Shown: in pieces, positions 18,878-29,166 of the stretch
Layout of the letters: each line of letters opens with the position of its first letter
How positions within the stretch are numbered: the stretch's first letter is position 1
Source of the DNA: Ignavibacteriota bacterium
GTDB taxonomy: Bacteria; Bacteroidota; Ignavibacteria; Palsa-1295
Length of the DNA: 64,000 bases
Reading direction: 5' to 3'
Assembly: GCA_963787835.1 (NCBI GenBank)
Contig: CAWBEI010000003.1
Location: 1-64,000, forward strand
Translations under genes and position numbers: made by a program
Notes under the pieces: model-generated
The model's input: only the letters and a program-made list of their open reading frames with translations
What the model was told of the DNA's origin: nothing
Database searches by the model: none

Positions 18878-20274
18878 CTACTTTACTACGGTCATCATTT
18901 TTGAGAGAACATTTCCCCCCGCTCGAAGTGAATAGATGTATTTCCCGGAAGGTAAAATGCCCCCAGCAATATTCACACTATGATACCCGACACTAACTAA
19001 TTCTTGGTCAGCCAATGACAAGATGTTGTTTCCGAGTATGTCATAGACACTGAGCGTAACCCTCATCGGTCGATCTGTTGTAAATCCAATCACAGCCGCG
19101 CCAGTTGTAGGATTCGGCTGACTCTGCTGAAGGAATATACTCCCTGGATCGAGCAATTCAACGAAATCCGTAGCACAATTGGGAACCGCCGATGGGCAAT
19201 AAAGCTTTCGTATCCAGCAATCGTCATCAGAAGTAAATTGGTTCCGAACGGTAGAGGGATTGAGCGAACCTCCCATGACGGATGTGCTAGCGTCTGACGA
19301 ATTGCCACAGTAAGATGCATTCTGACAAACTGCATTGCGATCAGGAAGACCGAGCCAGTGCCCCATTTCATGCATTATGATCGATGAAAAGTCAAAAGTC
19401 TGCGAAACATTAATATTCGGTGGGGAGTAATCCCACTCACTATTATTCCAGTCATAAAAAGGGCCGACATTCACTGTATGGGCTGGAATGCCTCCTGTTC
19501 CGCCATCATCTACGTACGTAACTGCTAGCTTTTTGGCGGATTGTTTGTGTAGTCGATCGAGTCATTATCTCCAATATCATAGAGTAATTGTTCCGTAACA
19601 TTAATGTTAATAATATTATTAGAGCATTGGATCTGGCAGTCGCTGAGATTATTAGGAAGATCTATATTCCCGAGCACCTTCTGGGGGTCTAAGCCTCTTG
19701 AAAGATAGTATTGCTCGTCGGATTGGAAGACAATCGAGACACAACAGGAGCTATTAAAGGAAGTACATGTTCCTGAATAAGAACTGTTATGCAAGGCTCC
19801 TGTAAGTGTATTCGTAAATAGCACAGAGAGATAACTTTTCCCTCCCGTTGATGAATTGGGATCCATGATAGTTCCCGGACTGGCTGCGCCACCACCTAAT
19901 GGATAATTATCATTGTCGATATTTACGCCAGGAATCCAGACGCCAGAGTTGCTCAGTACCCAACCATACCCAGGCAAGTTTCCGGGGGTTTCTCCAGAAG
20001 GTAGAGTATCTGCGTTAACGCCCTCCTTGATGCATGTCAGCGGATTAGGAGCCTTCACCACCACAGTCGGGCCAATAATGTTGCCAGGAATGTCTGTCGG
20101 ATTCGTAGGGTTATCCTCGCAGTACGTTTTAATGGTGTCATCATGATCGGTGCAAAAATAATATGGGAATTTTTCGCACGCACATGTCGAGTCCCCATGT
20201 GTATATTGAGCACATGTGTCTCTACTGAGCATCAAGATGGAGAATGCTACAAAAAGGAATCTAATGCTTTTCAT
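18878..20274 (-). CDS. Secreted matrixin-like metzincin with T9SS CTD, split by a 1-nt frameshift at 19530-19534
   Basis: Signal peptide MKSIRFLF; HEMGHWLGLPD and Met-turn SVMG; CTD QSQPNP...YDILG...SKMMTVVK; one extra A restores a 465-aa ORF. Confidence 0.8.
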
Positions 20275-20285
20275 TTTATTCCCTC

Positions 20286-21360
20286 TCAATATGAAGTAAT
20301 AGAATTTATTTTAGAGCGTAGCGCAGCTTTGAATGCACTAACTGAGAGTCCTACTCCAAATCCAAAATCATTATTCGGGTCGTAAACAATTCCGCTTCGA
20401 ACCGGATAAATGCTTATCATGGTCGAAAAATTATTATATGAAGGATGAAGTAGTCCCGATCGTACCCGAGCTAAGCACCGGCATAACAGTCATATATCGG
20501 CCTGTGGAGTCAGAACCAATCCCTTGATAATTTAAGAAAATGATGTAATCGTTACCGGGTAACACCCAAGGAGTAGTTCGATTTAACACATATCCACTCA
20601 CATCCTTAATCTGAGATTGCGAAAGCAGCCCATACTCAAAGTCGAAGCAATCCCCTGGCGCTGAAAGTGTTTTGGGATTCTTTCCTCCCTTGCCCGCTTG
20701 ATACCCGGTGTCGTAACATCCGGTCAGCCTTTGCCCTTTTATAATATCATCAATCGTGCATTTGACTCTTACTTGATTATTACCCGGAGCATACTGCACA
20801 GTGGACGTGTCAAGCACGGTGACATGGAGTATCGCGTCGGCTTTGGTCATGTAAGCTAATTCAGCACCGCTATCCGGTATGACTTGACTTACTCTATTTA
20901 GAATACCGTTGAAAACATGAATAATTGATGTGTTCGTGTACGGGGCAGTGAAAAGTGGTTGATAACCAACATATTGGAAAAAAGTGATGGGATCCCAATC
21001 TATCATTTCATAAAGGTACTTTACCGCATAACGAAGGGTGTCGGAATCATACATTGTCGAAATGAGAGAATCAAATTGTCCACTCGATACATTCACAGAC
21101 CTTACGAGGCTATCAAAATAGATGTACCCATCCAAAACATTAAGCGTCATACCCGTTTGAAGTGGCGGGTAATAGCTTGTTCTTGGGAAAAATTTAATGG
21201 CCAAAGCCTGCTTTGAAAGATCTATTGGATGATGGTATATTCCAACATTTGGCGGAGGTGTTACTGGCTGCGCAAGCGTGTTGGTTGCATTTAACGCCAT
21301 AAGTAGCAGCATCAATGATGTTGCTTTCGTGATGATTCTAAAGAGTCTCTGTTTTTTCAT
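20286..21360 (-). CDS. Secreted protein with TIMP/NTR-like OB-fold signature; apparent 1-nt frameshift near 20456
   Basis: Signal peptide; ADAILHVTV...VKCTIDDIIKG...LPGNDYIIFL; alternate frame continues IYPVRSGIVYDPNNDFGFGVGL...SY to a stop at 20286. Confidence 0.65.
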
Positions 21361-21432
21361 CTCAATTTCCTTCAATTAGTAAAATTGCTAGTCCTAAACC
21401 CCACCCATATCCACCGAAGAACGAAGGAGTCT

Positions 21433-21446
21433 GTACAAAGATACGA
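21433..21446 (-). promoter_or_regulatory. Bacteroidota-type -7 promoter element
   Basis: TCGTATCTTTGTAC, identical to 809-822. Confidence 0.55.
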
Positions 21447-21515
21447 AAAATATTCGCTAACACTTTAAAATGTCATTATCCTTTCATGGCGTTCACTGAT
21501 GTGTAATTTAACGTC

Positions 21516-21752
21516 ATGGAAATTAGGTCGGTCGTGGCACAGAATGTTAGGGGTTTTAGGGTTCTCCAAGGTTATTCCAGAGAAGACCTCTGCAAGAAGA
21601 CAGGCTTACATTTGAACTACTTAGGTGCGATTGAACGAGGAGAGAAAAATGTTACGATTGACACCTTAAATAAGATTGCCATTGTGCTCGGTTTAGACCC
21701 TTTCGCACTACTAATTCCTCGAAGCTTTCAATGGGCTAAGCGTAAATCATAG
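21516..21752 (+). CDS. XRE/HTH_3 regulator (C-protein-like)
   Basis: VAQNVRGFRVLQGYSREDLCKKTGLHLNYLGAIERGEKNVTIDTLNKIAIVL. Confidence 0.9.
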   Translation: MEIRSVVAQNVRGFRVLQGYSREDLCKKTGLHLNYLGAIERGEKNVTIDTLNKIAIVLGLDPFALLIPRSFQWAKRKS

Positions 21753-21790
21753 CAAGTATCCTTTTGAATAGATACCTCTTTAAAGTGGTA

Positions 21791-23899
21791 TTATTGCTTC
21801 ACGATCGTAAACTCCACCCTCCGGTTTTGCTGGCGACCGGCTTCGGTATCGTTGGGTCCGACGGGCTTCGTTTCGCCGAACCCCTTTACGCGCAGCCTTG
21901 ATAGGGCAATCCCCTTGCTGACAAGATAACTCTGCACTGCCGTAGCTCTCGCCGAAGATAACTGCACGTTCGATGCCGGAGCGCCAACATTATCCGTATG
22001 CCCGCCGATCACAATTTCCATGCTGGGATTATTCTTCAGCATGGTAACAACTCTGTCAAGCTCGGCAAAGGATTCCGGCCGCAGTTCCGCCTTTGCGGTC
22101 TCGAAGAAGATATTATTCAGCCGCACGGTCTCGCCCTGTTCCAGCGGGATGAGCGTCAGATCGCGTTGCAGTTCCTGGTAATTATTGGTAGTAGTCAGAT
22201 CGAGATTCAAACTGATCGGGACATATCCCGGCGCTTCGGCACGGTAACCATAATTCTCGCCGGCTGGGAGGGTGATCTTATACGCTCCGGTTCCCGGACT
22301 CGTTCGCGCGCTGCCGATCTCTCGCCCCGTTTCAAGATTCTCGTATTTGATCTCTGCCATAACCGGTTTACCGGTCTTTGCATCGAGCACATTTCCGCTG
22401 ACGAGCACCACAGGCCGTGGACGCAATTCTTCCGGTAACTTCACACGAAAAATATCGCCCATGCCATAGGAATTCTCCGTGGATACAAAATACGCATACT
22501 CTCCGGAAGCCGGCACAGTATAATAGGCATCCCAGCCCGGCGTATTAAGCTGAGGGCCGAGATTTTCCGGCTCACTCCAGCGCTGCCAAGTGGAATCGAG
22601 CCGGCGCGTGATGAACATATCCATCGAGCCATATCCGGCAAAGCCGTCGGATGCAAAATAGAGCGTTTTGCCATCGGCGGCTAAGAACGGGGTTGCTTCA
22701 TCCGCCGAGGAATTCACATCGGAACCGAGATTCTTCGGCGTGGACCATGTTCCATCCGGCTGAAGGAAACTTACATAGAGATCCTTTTTGCCATAGGAAT
22801 CTTTTCTATCGAGGCTCAGAATGATCGTCCGGCCATCGTTAGAAAGACAAAACTCGACATAGGCGGCATTAGTATAATAGTCTTGGACAATTACTTGCTT
22901 TGGATAGCTCCACCCTCCGGCGATGCGATGCGTGAGCCACAGTCCGAACGCCCCGGTGCCCTCATTTCCAACCGGCTCATACCTGCCGCCGATGAGAAGC
23001 GTGTTACCATCCGGGGTCACGCTGGAAGCAAAAGAGCCAAAACCATTATTTAGCATCGGCCCAATATTTTGTAATGGCAGCCAGTTCCCACTGGCATCCT
23101 GCGTGGAGTACCAGATATTATCGATGTTATTGCTATCGAGCCTCGCGCCGGCTTTCCGATAATTTTGCGGATGATTCTTTCGATCCACATACAACGTTTT
23201 GCCATCCGGTGAAATGACCGGCAATACTTCATCGTAAATGGAGTTGATAGTAGGACCAAGATTCTCACGCGGACCAACATTAACATTTCGTGCTACATTG
23301 ATGAAGGAGGTCATCGGGTCACCGATCTGGTCCCGAGCATCGGAAATAGCAATCGCATCAATTTCATTCTGTCCTGGCAAAAGTCCCGGCTGTGTCACGA
23401 TCTCAACTGCACTTACCTCATAGTTTGTGTGAGACATGAAGGTCCAGTGCTCGACTTTCGAATCGATCTGCTCATAGTGTGGCGAATACACGACAGAGTC
23501 CCGTTTGCGATCCTCATCATCGTAAAGGATGATCTTTTCGATCGCGCCCGGATAAAAATTCTCTGCGATCGCCACTTGCTGGATCTTCATCGGACGGTCG
23601 AATCCAACTTTGATCCATTCTTCAACTGGGCCGTCGTTGGGACCGGTCAATGGAATCCATGCACATGGGCTATCGCCGGTTGCGGGGCATTTATTGGGCT
23701 TGCCTAATACTTGTTTTGCAGAGTATTCCTTCGTGCCTCGCTCAGACGAAAATCCTAATATTTGATTTGCCCACTGCACATGTTGTGCAAACACCGGCGT
23801 ACTGATCAGGACGAACAGCGAGATGCCTATCGGGAGGAGTAAATAAGGCCGGGGTCGTATCAAATGTGATTGTGTAGCGCTTCGCGATCGAAAAAACAT
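21791..23899 (-). CDS. OmpA-family protein with discoidin-like N-domain and PD40 propeller (PorE-like)
   Basis: PD40 repeats (PVISPDGKTLY, PFLAADGKTLYFAS); OmpA_C GHTDNVG...NRRVEF. Confidence 0.9.
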   Translation of the reverse strand: MFFRSRSATQSHLIRPRPYLLLPIGISLFVLISTPVFAQHVQWANQILGFSSERGTKEYSAKQVLGKPNKCPATGDSPCAWIPLTGPNDGPVEEWIKVGFDRPMKIQQVAIAENFYPGAIEKIILYDDEDRKRDSVVYSPHYEQIDSKVEHWTFMSHTNYEVSAVEIVTQPGLLPGQNEIDAIAISDARDQIGDPMTSFINVARNVNVGPRENLGPTINSIYDEVLPVISPDGKTLYVDRKNHPQNYRKAGARLDSNNIDNIWYSTQDASGNWLPLQNIGPMLNNGFGSFASSVTPDGNTLLIGGRYEPVGNEGTGAFGLWLTHRIAGGWSYPKQVIVQDYYTNAAYVEFCLSNDGRTIILSLDRKDSYGKKDLYVSFLQPDGTWSTPKNLGSDVNSSADEATPFLAADGKTLYFASDGFAGYGSMDMFITRRLDSTWQRWSEPENLGPQLNTPGWDAYYTVPASGEYAYFVSTENSYGMGDIFRVKLPEELRPRPVVLVSGNVLDAKTGKPVMAEIKYENLETGREIGSARTSPGTGAYKITLPAGENYGYRAEAPGYVPISLNLDLTTTNNYQELQRDLTLIPLEQGETVRLNNIFFETAKAELRPESFAELDRVVTMLKNNPSMEIVIGGHTDNVGAPASNVQLSSARATAVQSYLVSKGIALSRLRVKGFGETKPVGPNDTEAGRQQNRRVEFTIVKQ

Positions 23900-23914
23900 G
23901 AATGAACGGAGATG

Positions 23915-24112
23915 TTATGGCAGATCCTTAAATGCTGCGTCGCGAGCGCTTGAGCGGTCAAGCTTCGGGTGTGATGAAGTGCTCTTTTGCTGTTGCGATG
24001 CTTTCCGTTCTCGCTCACGCTCATCGAACCCACGTTGGATCGGGGCTGCAATGCGGCGGTAGGCGAGATACAAAAGAAATGCAACAAACAGTAATTCGAA
24101 AATACGAGCCAT
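23915..24112 (-). CDS. Small single-pass membrane protein
   Basis: N-terminal TM segment IFELLFVAFLLYLAY followed by a charged tail. Confidence 0.7.
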   Translation of the reverse strand: MARIFELLFVAFLLYLAYRRIAAPIQRGFDERERERKASQQQKSTSSHPKLDRSSARDAAFKDLP

Positions 24113-24173
24113 TGGGCTTACAACAAGGGACTAATGAAAAACGTCAACACAAACCGAGCGTATCAGAGCGATC

Positions 24174-24836
24174 TTACGGCCCGGTTCTTCCGCCGAACAT
24201 TGGCACGGGTTTCGGAGCTGTGAGATACTCCACGGGTGGATAGCGTTCGCGGTAGATCGCTTCGATCAGCAGATCGACAAGCTCAGGGTGGATCTGATAA
24301 TCCACTTGTTCGGTATCGATGACAATAAGCCGCGATGCGCGATAATGAAAGAAATAATCGTTATATGCGCGAACCACGTCCGTCATATATTCGCTGGAGA
24401 TGGTCCCTTCGAATCTTCGGCCACGCATTCGGATCGCATCCATAAGCTTGGGCACGCTGCCTTGAAGGTAAATAACCACATCGGGAATCGGGATCGAGCG
24501 CCCGAGCGTGCGCTCCACTTCATCATAAAGCGCAAGCTCCGCCTCGCCAAGATTGATCGATGCAAACAAGCGGTCCTTAGCAAAAAGATAGTCGCTGACC
24601 ACGTTCTCGTAAAATAGGTCGGTCTGGAGTAACGCCTGCTGCTGACGAAACCGGGAGAGCAGAAAAAAGAGCTGCGTCTGAAACGCATAGCGCTGACGGT
24701 CGGCATAGAACTCCGCAAGAAACGGATTCTCCTCGAATTCTTCGAACAGGAGTTTCGCTCGGAGCCGATCGGCAAGCATCATGGCAAGCGTGGTTTTTCC
24801 AGCACCGATCGGCCCTTCAATAGCAATATAGCTCAC
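24174..24836 (-). CDS. Deoxynucleoside kinase (Dck/Dgk family)
   Basis: IAIEGPIGAGKTT, ENPFL, QLFFLLSR. Confidence 0.93.
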   Translation of the reverse strand: MSYIAIEGPIGAGKTTLAMMLADRLRAKLLFEEFEENPFLAEFYADRQRYAFQTQLFFLLSRFRQQQALLQTDLFYENVVSDYLFAKDRLFASINLGEAELALYDEVERTLGRSIPIPDVVIYLQGSVPKLMDAIRMRGRRFEGTISSEYMTDVVRAYNDYFFHYRASRLIVIDTEQVDYQIHPELVDLLIEAIYRERYPPVEYLTAPKPVPMFGGRTGP

Positions 24837-24860
24837 GGATGTCTGTCTAACAAAATTCCT

Positions 24861-25379
24861 TTATAATGTCAGCGGGGAACGCCTGACCGTGGTTTTATCC
24901 ACATCTCTAAGCAGTTCGGAAACACTTTTGTTCAATACCGGATGCGAAAAATTTGGATCGAGTTCGCTCATCGGCACAAGCACGAACGCCCGGCGTGGTA
25001 TTTCCGGATGAGGAAGCGTAAGTTCAGGGCTTTCAAGCACGCGGTCTCCATAAAAAAGAAGATCGAGATCGATCTCCCGCTCGTGCCAGCGCGGACGGTC
25101 TTTGCGGCCTATCTCTTTTTCAAATTGCTTCATGCGCGTAACAAGTTCAAGCGGAGTTAATGACGACCTAATCTCAACAACGGCATTCAAAAAATCAGGC
25201 TGGGAAAAATCACCTACTGGAGCAGTTTCATAAATGGAGCTTTTATGAATGACATCTCCAATGCTTTCTATTCGAATTACAGCGGCCAGTAAATAATCCA
25301 AACGTGGTTCGAGGTTCGAGCCAAGTCCGATAAAAATTCTCTCGTAGTGGTTAGAAACGTCTTTATCGGAGGGTTCCAT
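24861..25379 (-). CDS. folK: 2-amino-4-hydroxy-6-hydroxymethyldihydropteridine diphosphokinase
   Basis: IGLGSNL, FLNAV, REIDLDLL, LPHP. Confidence 0.95.
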   Translation of the reverse strand: MEPSDKDVSNHYERIFIGLGSNLEPRLDYLLAAVIRIESIGDVIHKSSIYETAPVGDFSQPDFLNAVVEIRSSLTPLELVTRMKQFEKEIGRKDRPRWHEREIDLDLLFYGDRVLESPELTLPHPEIPRRAFVLVPMSELDPNFSHPVLNKSVSELLRDVDKTTVRRSPLTL

Positions 25380-25382
25380 AAG

Positions 25383-25739
25383 TCAGCCTTTACTTTTTCG
25401 CGTCTCCACTTCAACCGTATCTAATACGCCACCGGTTGAGACGTTTGGTTTGCGAACTCGAACGATCACCTCGCGAACTGGGAAATGTCTGAGCAACTCG
25501 TTTCCAATCGTATCGGCCAGCGTTTCGATAAGATTAAATTTATTCATCGTGCTGATCGCAACCACCATTTGCTGAACTTTAACATAGTCGATGGTGTCGG
25601 AAAGCTCATCGCTATTCACCGCGTTATCGAGTGCGGCTTCTAACTCCACATCGATCTCAAATCGGGCGCCTTGCTCGCGCTCATGCGCATAAGCGCCGTG
25701 ATACGCATAGACCTGAATATTTTTTAGGCGAATCCACAT
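25383..25739 (-). CDS. folB: Dihydroneopterin aldolase
   Basis: YAYHG...EREQG, DTIDY, NLIETLA, VRKP. Confidence 0.95.
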   Translation of the reverse strand: MWIRLKNIQVYAYHGAYAHEREQGARFEIDVELEAALDNAVNSDELSDTIDYVKVQQMVVAISTMNKFNLIETLADTIGNELLRHFPVREVIVRVRKPNVSTGGVLDTVEVETRKSKG

Positions 25740-25745
25740 GGGGGC

Positions 25746-25773
25746 AATGATGAATTATGAATGATGAATTAAG
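25746..25773. repeat. Heptamer tandem repeat
   Basis: AATGATG AATTATG AATGATG AATTAAG. Confidence 0.75.
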
Positions 25774-25809
25774 AAATTTTGCTTCACTCTTTTCAATCCC
25801 GTCATGACC

Positions 25810-27696
25810 TTAAAACCCAAATTCTCCCCATCTCGAATCTACTCGTTTGATGATCTCATCCGACATGACACAGGGATTGGGGTAACCCGGTTTCCAGGTC
25901 GCGTCAATTCCCATAATGCCTTCGTAAACAGGAGATATTCCAAATAGAGAAGATCGTGTGAAGGTCACGTCGCGAGCCGCATCGAACCGCGTGAAAATGC
26001 CCCAAATGGTTTCCATCTCGATCGAGAGATCGACATCTTCGCTTACTGCGGCTACAATTTTTATGCCTTTAGGAAGCTTTTCGATGTTGCTTTCGGATAT
26101 AAGTTGTTCGATAACTTCCCGCCCAAGTGTTTTTGGTTGTAGGGGTGTGGGCGGGGTGGACTGAATGGAGGAGTCGTTTTTAGCAAGTTTTACTACAAGA
26201 AGGACATCTTCGAACACCTTCCATTCCTTGATTCTAAAATTGAGGTTCCTAGGATCTTCGGGGGTGTTACCTGTTCGTGTAAAGTATTCGTTTGGTTTAC
26301 GATCCGGGTATTTCCCGCCGCTGGATGTTGCAGAAAGTTTTTCCGTAGCATCCAGAAGCATTTTACTGCCTAAGTTCATGGTATAGCTCGTAAAGTCGAG
26401 CGTGTCCATGGCTGTGTTGGAAAGCAGGAGAAAATCGTAGCGAGGGTCGAAATTGTCACGGATGGCACGAAGCAAAGCACGAAAGCTGCGAGTCTCGACA
26501 TTATTACTAACCACGATCGCGCATTTAGTGAGCGAAAGCTGCCCATCGGAAATAATTCCAAGCGCGGCTTTCATCGCCTCTTTCGAATACCGTTCTCGTG
26601 CCCGAACCCCGAGCAAATTATGGAATCCGGCTTCGTAAAAAGCCCATACGGATTGAATATCCGGATGAATGATCCGTGCCAGTGGGCCAAGAATTTGCTG
26701 GTTCGCATCGCCAAGCCATTTATCCTCCATCGGTGGTTTCCCTACGACGGTAGCAGCGAATACGGCCTTCGGTAAGTGTGTAATCGAGCGAACATGGAAC
26801 ACCGGGAACATTCCCGCATGAGAGTAATGTCCAAAATGATCGCCGAATGGCCCTTCCAATCGCCGCTCTATTGGAGGTACAATTCCCTCGATAATAAATT
26901 CCGCATTGGCAGGCACATCGATGGAGATCGACTTCCCCTTTTGCATCATTGTGGCACGCCCGCGTAAAAACCCTGCGAACATCACTTCGTCAATTCCCTC
27001 CGGCAGAGGTGCAATAGTCGCTAATAATAGTGCTGGATCGGTACCAACCGCAATGGCTACTTCAAGAGGTTGGCCGATTGCTTCAGCCTGATAATAGTGG
27101 AAGCCTCCACCCTTCTGAATTTGCCAGTGCATCCCGGTTTCATCCGCGCCATAGATCTGGATACGATACATTCCGACATTGCGCTTCCCGGTCTTCGGAT
27201 CGTATGTGAATACCTGCGGAAGCGTGATAAACTTCCCTGCATCTTCCGGCCACGTCTGAAGGATCGGCAGTTGAGCAAGATCTGTCTTCTCCATTGTTTG
27301 CCTCGAAATTTCGGAACCCGATCTTCTGATGCGCGATCCAAGGATTCTGGGAATCATTGGCTTACCTGCATTCCAGATCTGACGCGGCTTTGGTGGAAGC
27401 ATTTGCTCGGCAAAATGAACAAGCGACTCCCCTAAACTCTCCGGATGTGTACCAAGAGCAAGTTCTACACGACGGTCACTTGCGAGCACATTCATCGCAA
27501 GCGGAAATCTGGAACCCTTTATTCGCTCAAACAGCAGTGCCTTCGAATGGCCCTCCTTCATAGCACGGACTGCGATCTCCGGAGCTTCGAGCACAGGATC
27601 AACTTCCGCAGTGATGCGATGCAGTTCGCCCTCCCGATCGAGTCGAGCAAGAAATTGAGAAAGGGTATCGAATCCGTGATCCTGTGAAGAAGCCAT
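25810..27696 (-). CDS. ubiD: UbiD-family prFMN decarboxylase (menaquinone/futalosine MqnL-like)
   Basis: RNVGMYRIQ, EGPFGDHFGHY, GKPPMED, DATWK. Confidence 0.92.
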   Translation of the reverse strand: MASSQDHGFDTLSQFLARLDREGELHRITAEVDPVLEAPEIAVRAMKEGHSKALLFERIKGSRFPLAMNVLASDRRVELALGTHPESLGESLVHFAEQMLPPKPRQIWNAGKPMIPRILGSRIRRSGSEISRQTMEKTDLAQLPILQTWPEDAGKFITLPQVFTYDPKTGKRNVGMYRIQIYGADETGMHWQIQKGGGFHYYQAEAIGQPLEVAIAVGTDPALLLATIAPLPEGIDEVMFAGFLRGRATMMQKGKSISIDVPANAEFIIEGIVPPIERRLEGPFGDHFGHYSHAGMFPVFHVRSITHLPKAVFAATVVGKPPMEDKWLGDANQQILGPLARIIHPDIQSVWAFYEAGFHNLLGVRARERYSKEAMKAALGIISDGQLSLTKCAIVVSNNVETRSFRALLRAIRDNFDPRYDFLLLSNTAMDTLDFTSYTMNLGSKMLLDATEKLSATSSGGKYPDRKPNEYFTRTGNTPEDPRNLNFRIKEWKVFEDVLLVVKLAKNDSSIQSTPPTPLQPKTLGREVIEQLISESNIEKLPKGIKIVAAVSEDVDLSIEMETIWGIFTRFDAARDVTFTRSSLFGISPVYEGIMGIDATWKPGYPNPCVMSDEIIKRVDSRWGEFGF

Positions 27697-27697
27697 C

Positions 27698-28270
27698 TTA
27701 TTCCAATTCCTCCGCGCGCCAGCCCTTCCCTGTTTCGACACCAACCATATTCAGAAGCTTATCCACAAATCCCTGCACATACTCATCCACGGTTGCCGGC
27801 ACAAAATATAGTGGCGGAGAAATTGGCATGATGATGACTCCCTGTGCTGAAAGATCGGCACATTGGCGAAGGGTCACAGTCGAAAGGGGGGTTTCGCGAA
27901 TGCAAAGTATTAGCATTCGCCGTTCCTTCAAACATACGGCCGCGGCGCGCGTGAGCAATGTATCCCCAATGCCAGAGGCGATCTTCCCCACCGTGCTTGT
28001 GGAGGCAGGAACGATGACCAACGCATCGATATGATTCGTTCCAGATGCAAGCGGCGCCGTAAGATCGGCATCGGAAAAGATCTTCTTGCAATAGCTTGCA
28101 ACAGAGGCAACCGGATCGGCGAGGGCAAGCTCATCCTTCATCACGGCTTTGCCCCATTTGGAGATCACCACGAATTTATCGAGCGGACATCGCTTCAAAA
28201 AATCCATGGCATAAACGGCACCGCTCGATCCGGTGATGCCAACAGCGATCCTTCGTTGGCGCTCGCTCAT
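27698..28270 (-). CDS. ubiX: Flavin prenyltransferase
   Basis: VGITGSSGA, ASG, RAAAVCLKERR, RETPL; ATGA overlap with ubiA. Confidence 0.93.
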   Translation of the reverse strand: MSERQRRIAVGITGSSGAVYAMDFLKRCPLDKFVVISKWGKAVMKDELALADPVASVASYCKKIFSDADLTAPLASGTNHIDALVIVPASTSTVGKIASGIGDTLLTRAAAVCLKERRMLILCIRETPLSTVTLRQCADLSAQGVIIMPISPPLYFVPATVDEYVQGFVDKLLNMVGVETGKGWRAEELE

Positions 28271-29166
28271 GTCAGCCATACTCCAACGATCACAAAAAGG
28301 AGCACGACAAATCCCAGTACCGCATTGATCTTAAAAAAAGCAAGATCGACATCCGAAGATTTCTTTTGCTCAAGATAAAGCAGGAACCCGGCTACAAGCA
28401 GCAGGATGGCAGCAATAACGCTGCCTCGAAATGCCACCAAATATACTGCTGCCAGCACAAAGAACGAAAGTGCATGAATCACACCAGACCATTGCAATGC
28501 CTTCCGAGAACCGAATCGCGCGGGGAAGGAAAATAATCCCTCGCGCTTGTCAAACGCTTCATCGGACGTGGAATAGATAATGTCAAATCCTGAAGCCCAC
28601 AGCCAGGTAAACAGGCTGAGCAAAATGGCTGGCAACGCATTGGAAAGCTCCGGCCTGACCGCAAAATATGCACCGAGTGGACCTAACGCTAACGATGCAC
28701 CAAGTCCAAAATGGGAGTAGGATGTGAATCGCTTCATGAAGGGATAGATCCCAAAGACTATTAGTGGTACTGGCGAAAGAGCAAGACAAAGTGGATTCAG
28801 CGAAGCAGCAAATATTAGATAAGCAACGAGTGCTATTGCGAGAATCGCGTACCCCTGCGCCAGCGTCATCTTACCAGAGGGAAGCTCCCGGTTAGCCGTG
28901 CGTGGATTTTTGGCATCGATGCGCCTATCCACTATCCGGTTGACTGCAAACCCAACAGTCCGAGCGCCAGTTGCGGCACCTAAAATGAGCAGACCCTTTT
29001 GCACCAGAGTCGCGGAGGAAAGTGCAATACCGCTTACGCGATTCGCCTCCACACCCAGCGTCATGCCGGCGTAGATCATTGGCAACGAAAAGAGCGTGTG
29101 CTCGATTTTTACAAAGGAAAAAAACTTCTTCATGGGTGACTCTTCATGGATCGCAAAGGGCATCAT
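28267..29166 (-). CDS. ubiA: UbiA-like polyprenyltransferase (MqnP-type)
   Basis: KIEHTLFSLP, NRIVDRRIDAKNPRTANRELP, GFDIIY. Confidence 0.92.
   Translation of the reverse strand: MMPFAIHEESPMKKFFSFVKIEHTLFSLPMIYAGMTLGVEANRVSGIALSSATLVQKGLLILGAATGARTVGFAVNRIVDRRIDAKNPRTANRELPSGKMTLAQGYAILAIALVAYLIFAASLNPLCLALSPVPLIVFGIYPFMKRFTSYSHFGLGASLALGPLGAYFAVRPELSNALPAILLSLFTWLWASGFDIIYSTSDEAFDKREGLFSFPARFGSRKALQWSGVIHALSFFVLAAVYLVAFRGSVIAAILLLVAGFLLYLEQKKSSDVDLAFFKINAVLGFVVLLFVIVGVWLT

Noticed and set aside
17899-18996. 365-aa plus-strand ORF
   Set aside because: Antisense shadow of lipA with no recognisable motifs
19520-19540. Programmed -1 frameshift at CCA-AAA-AGC
   Set aside because: Not a canonical heptamer slippery site, no clear stimulatory stem, and five other similar indels point to sequencing error
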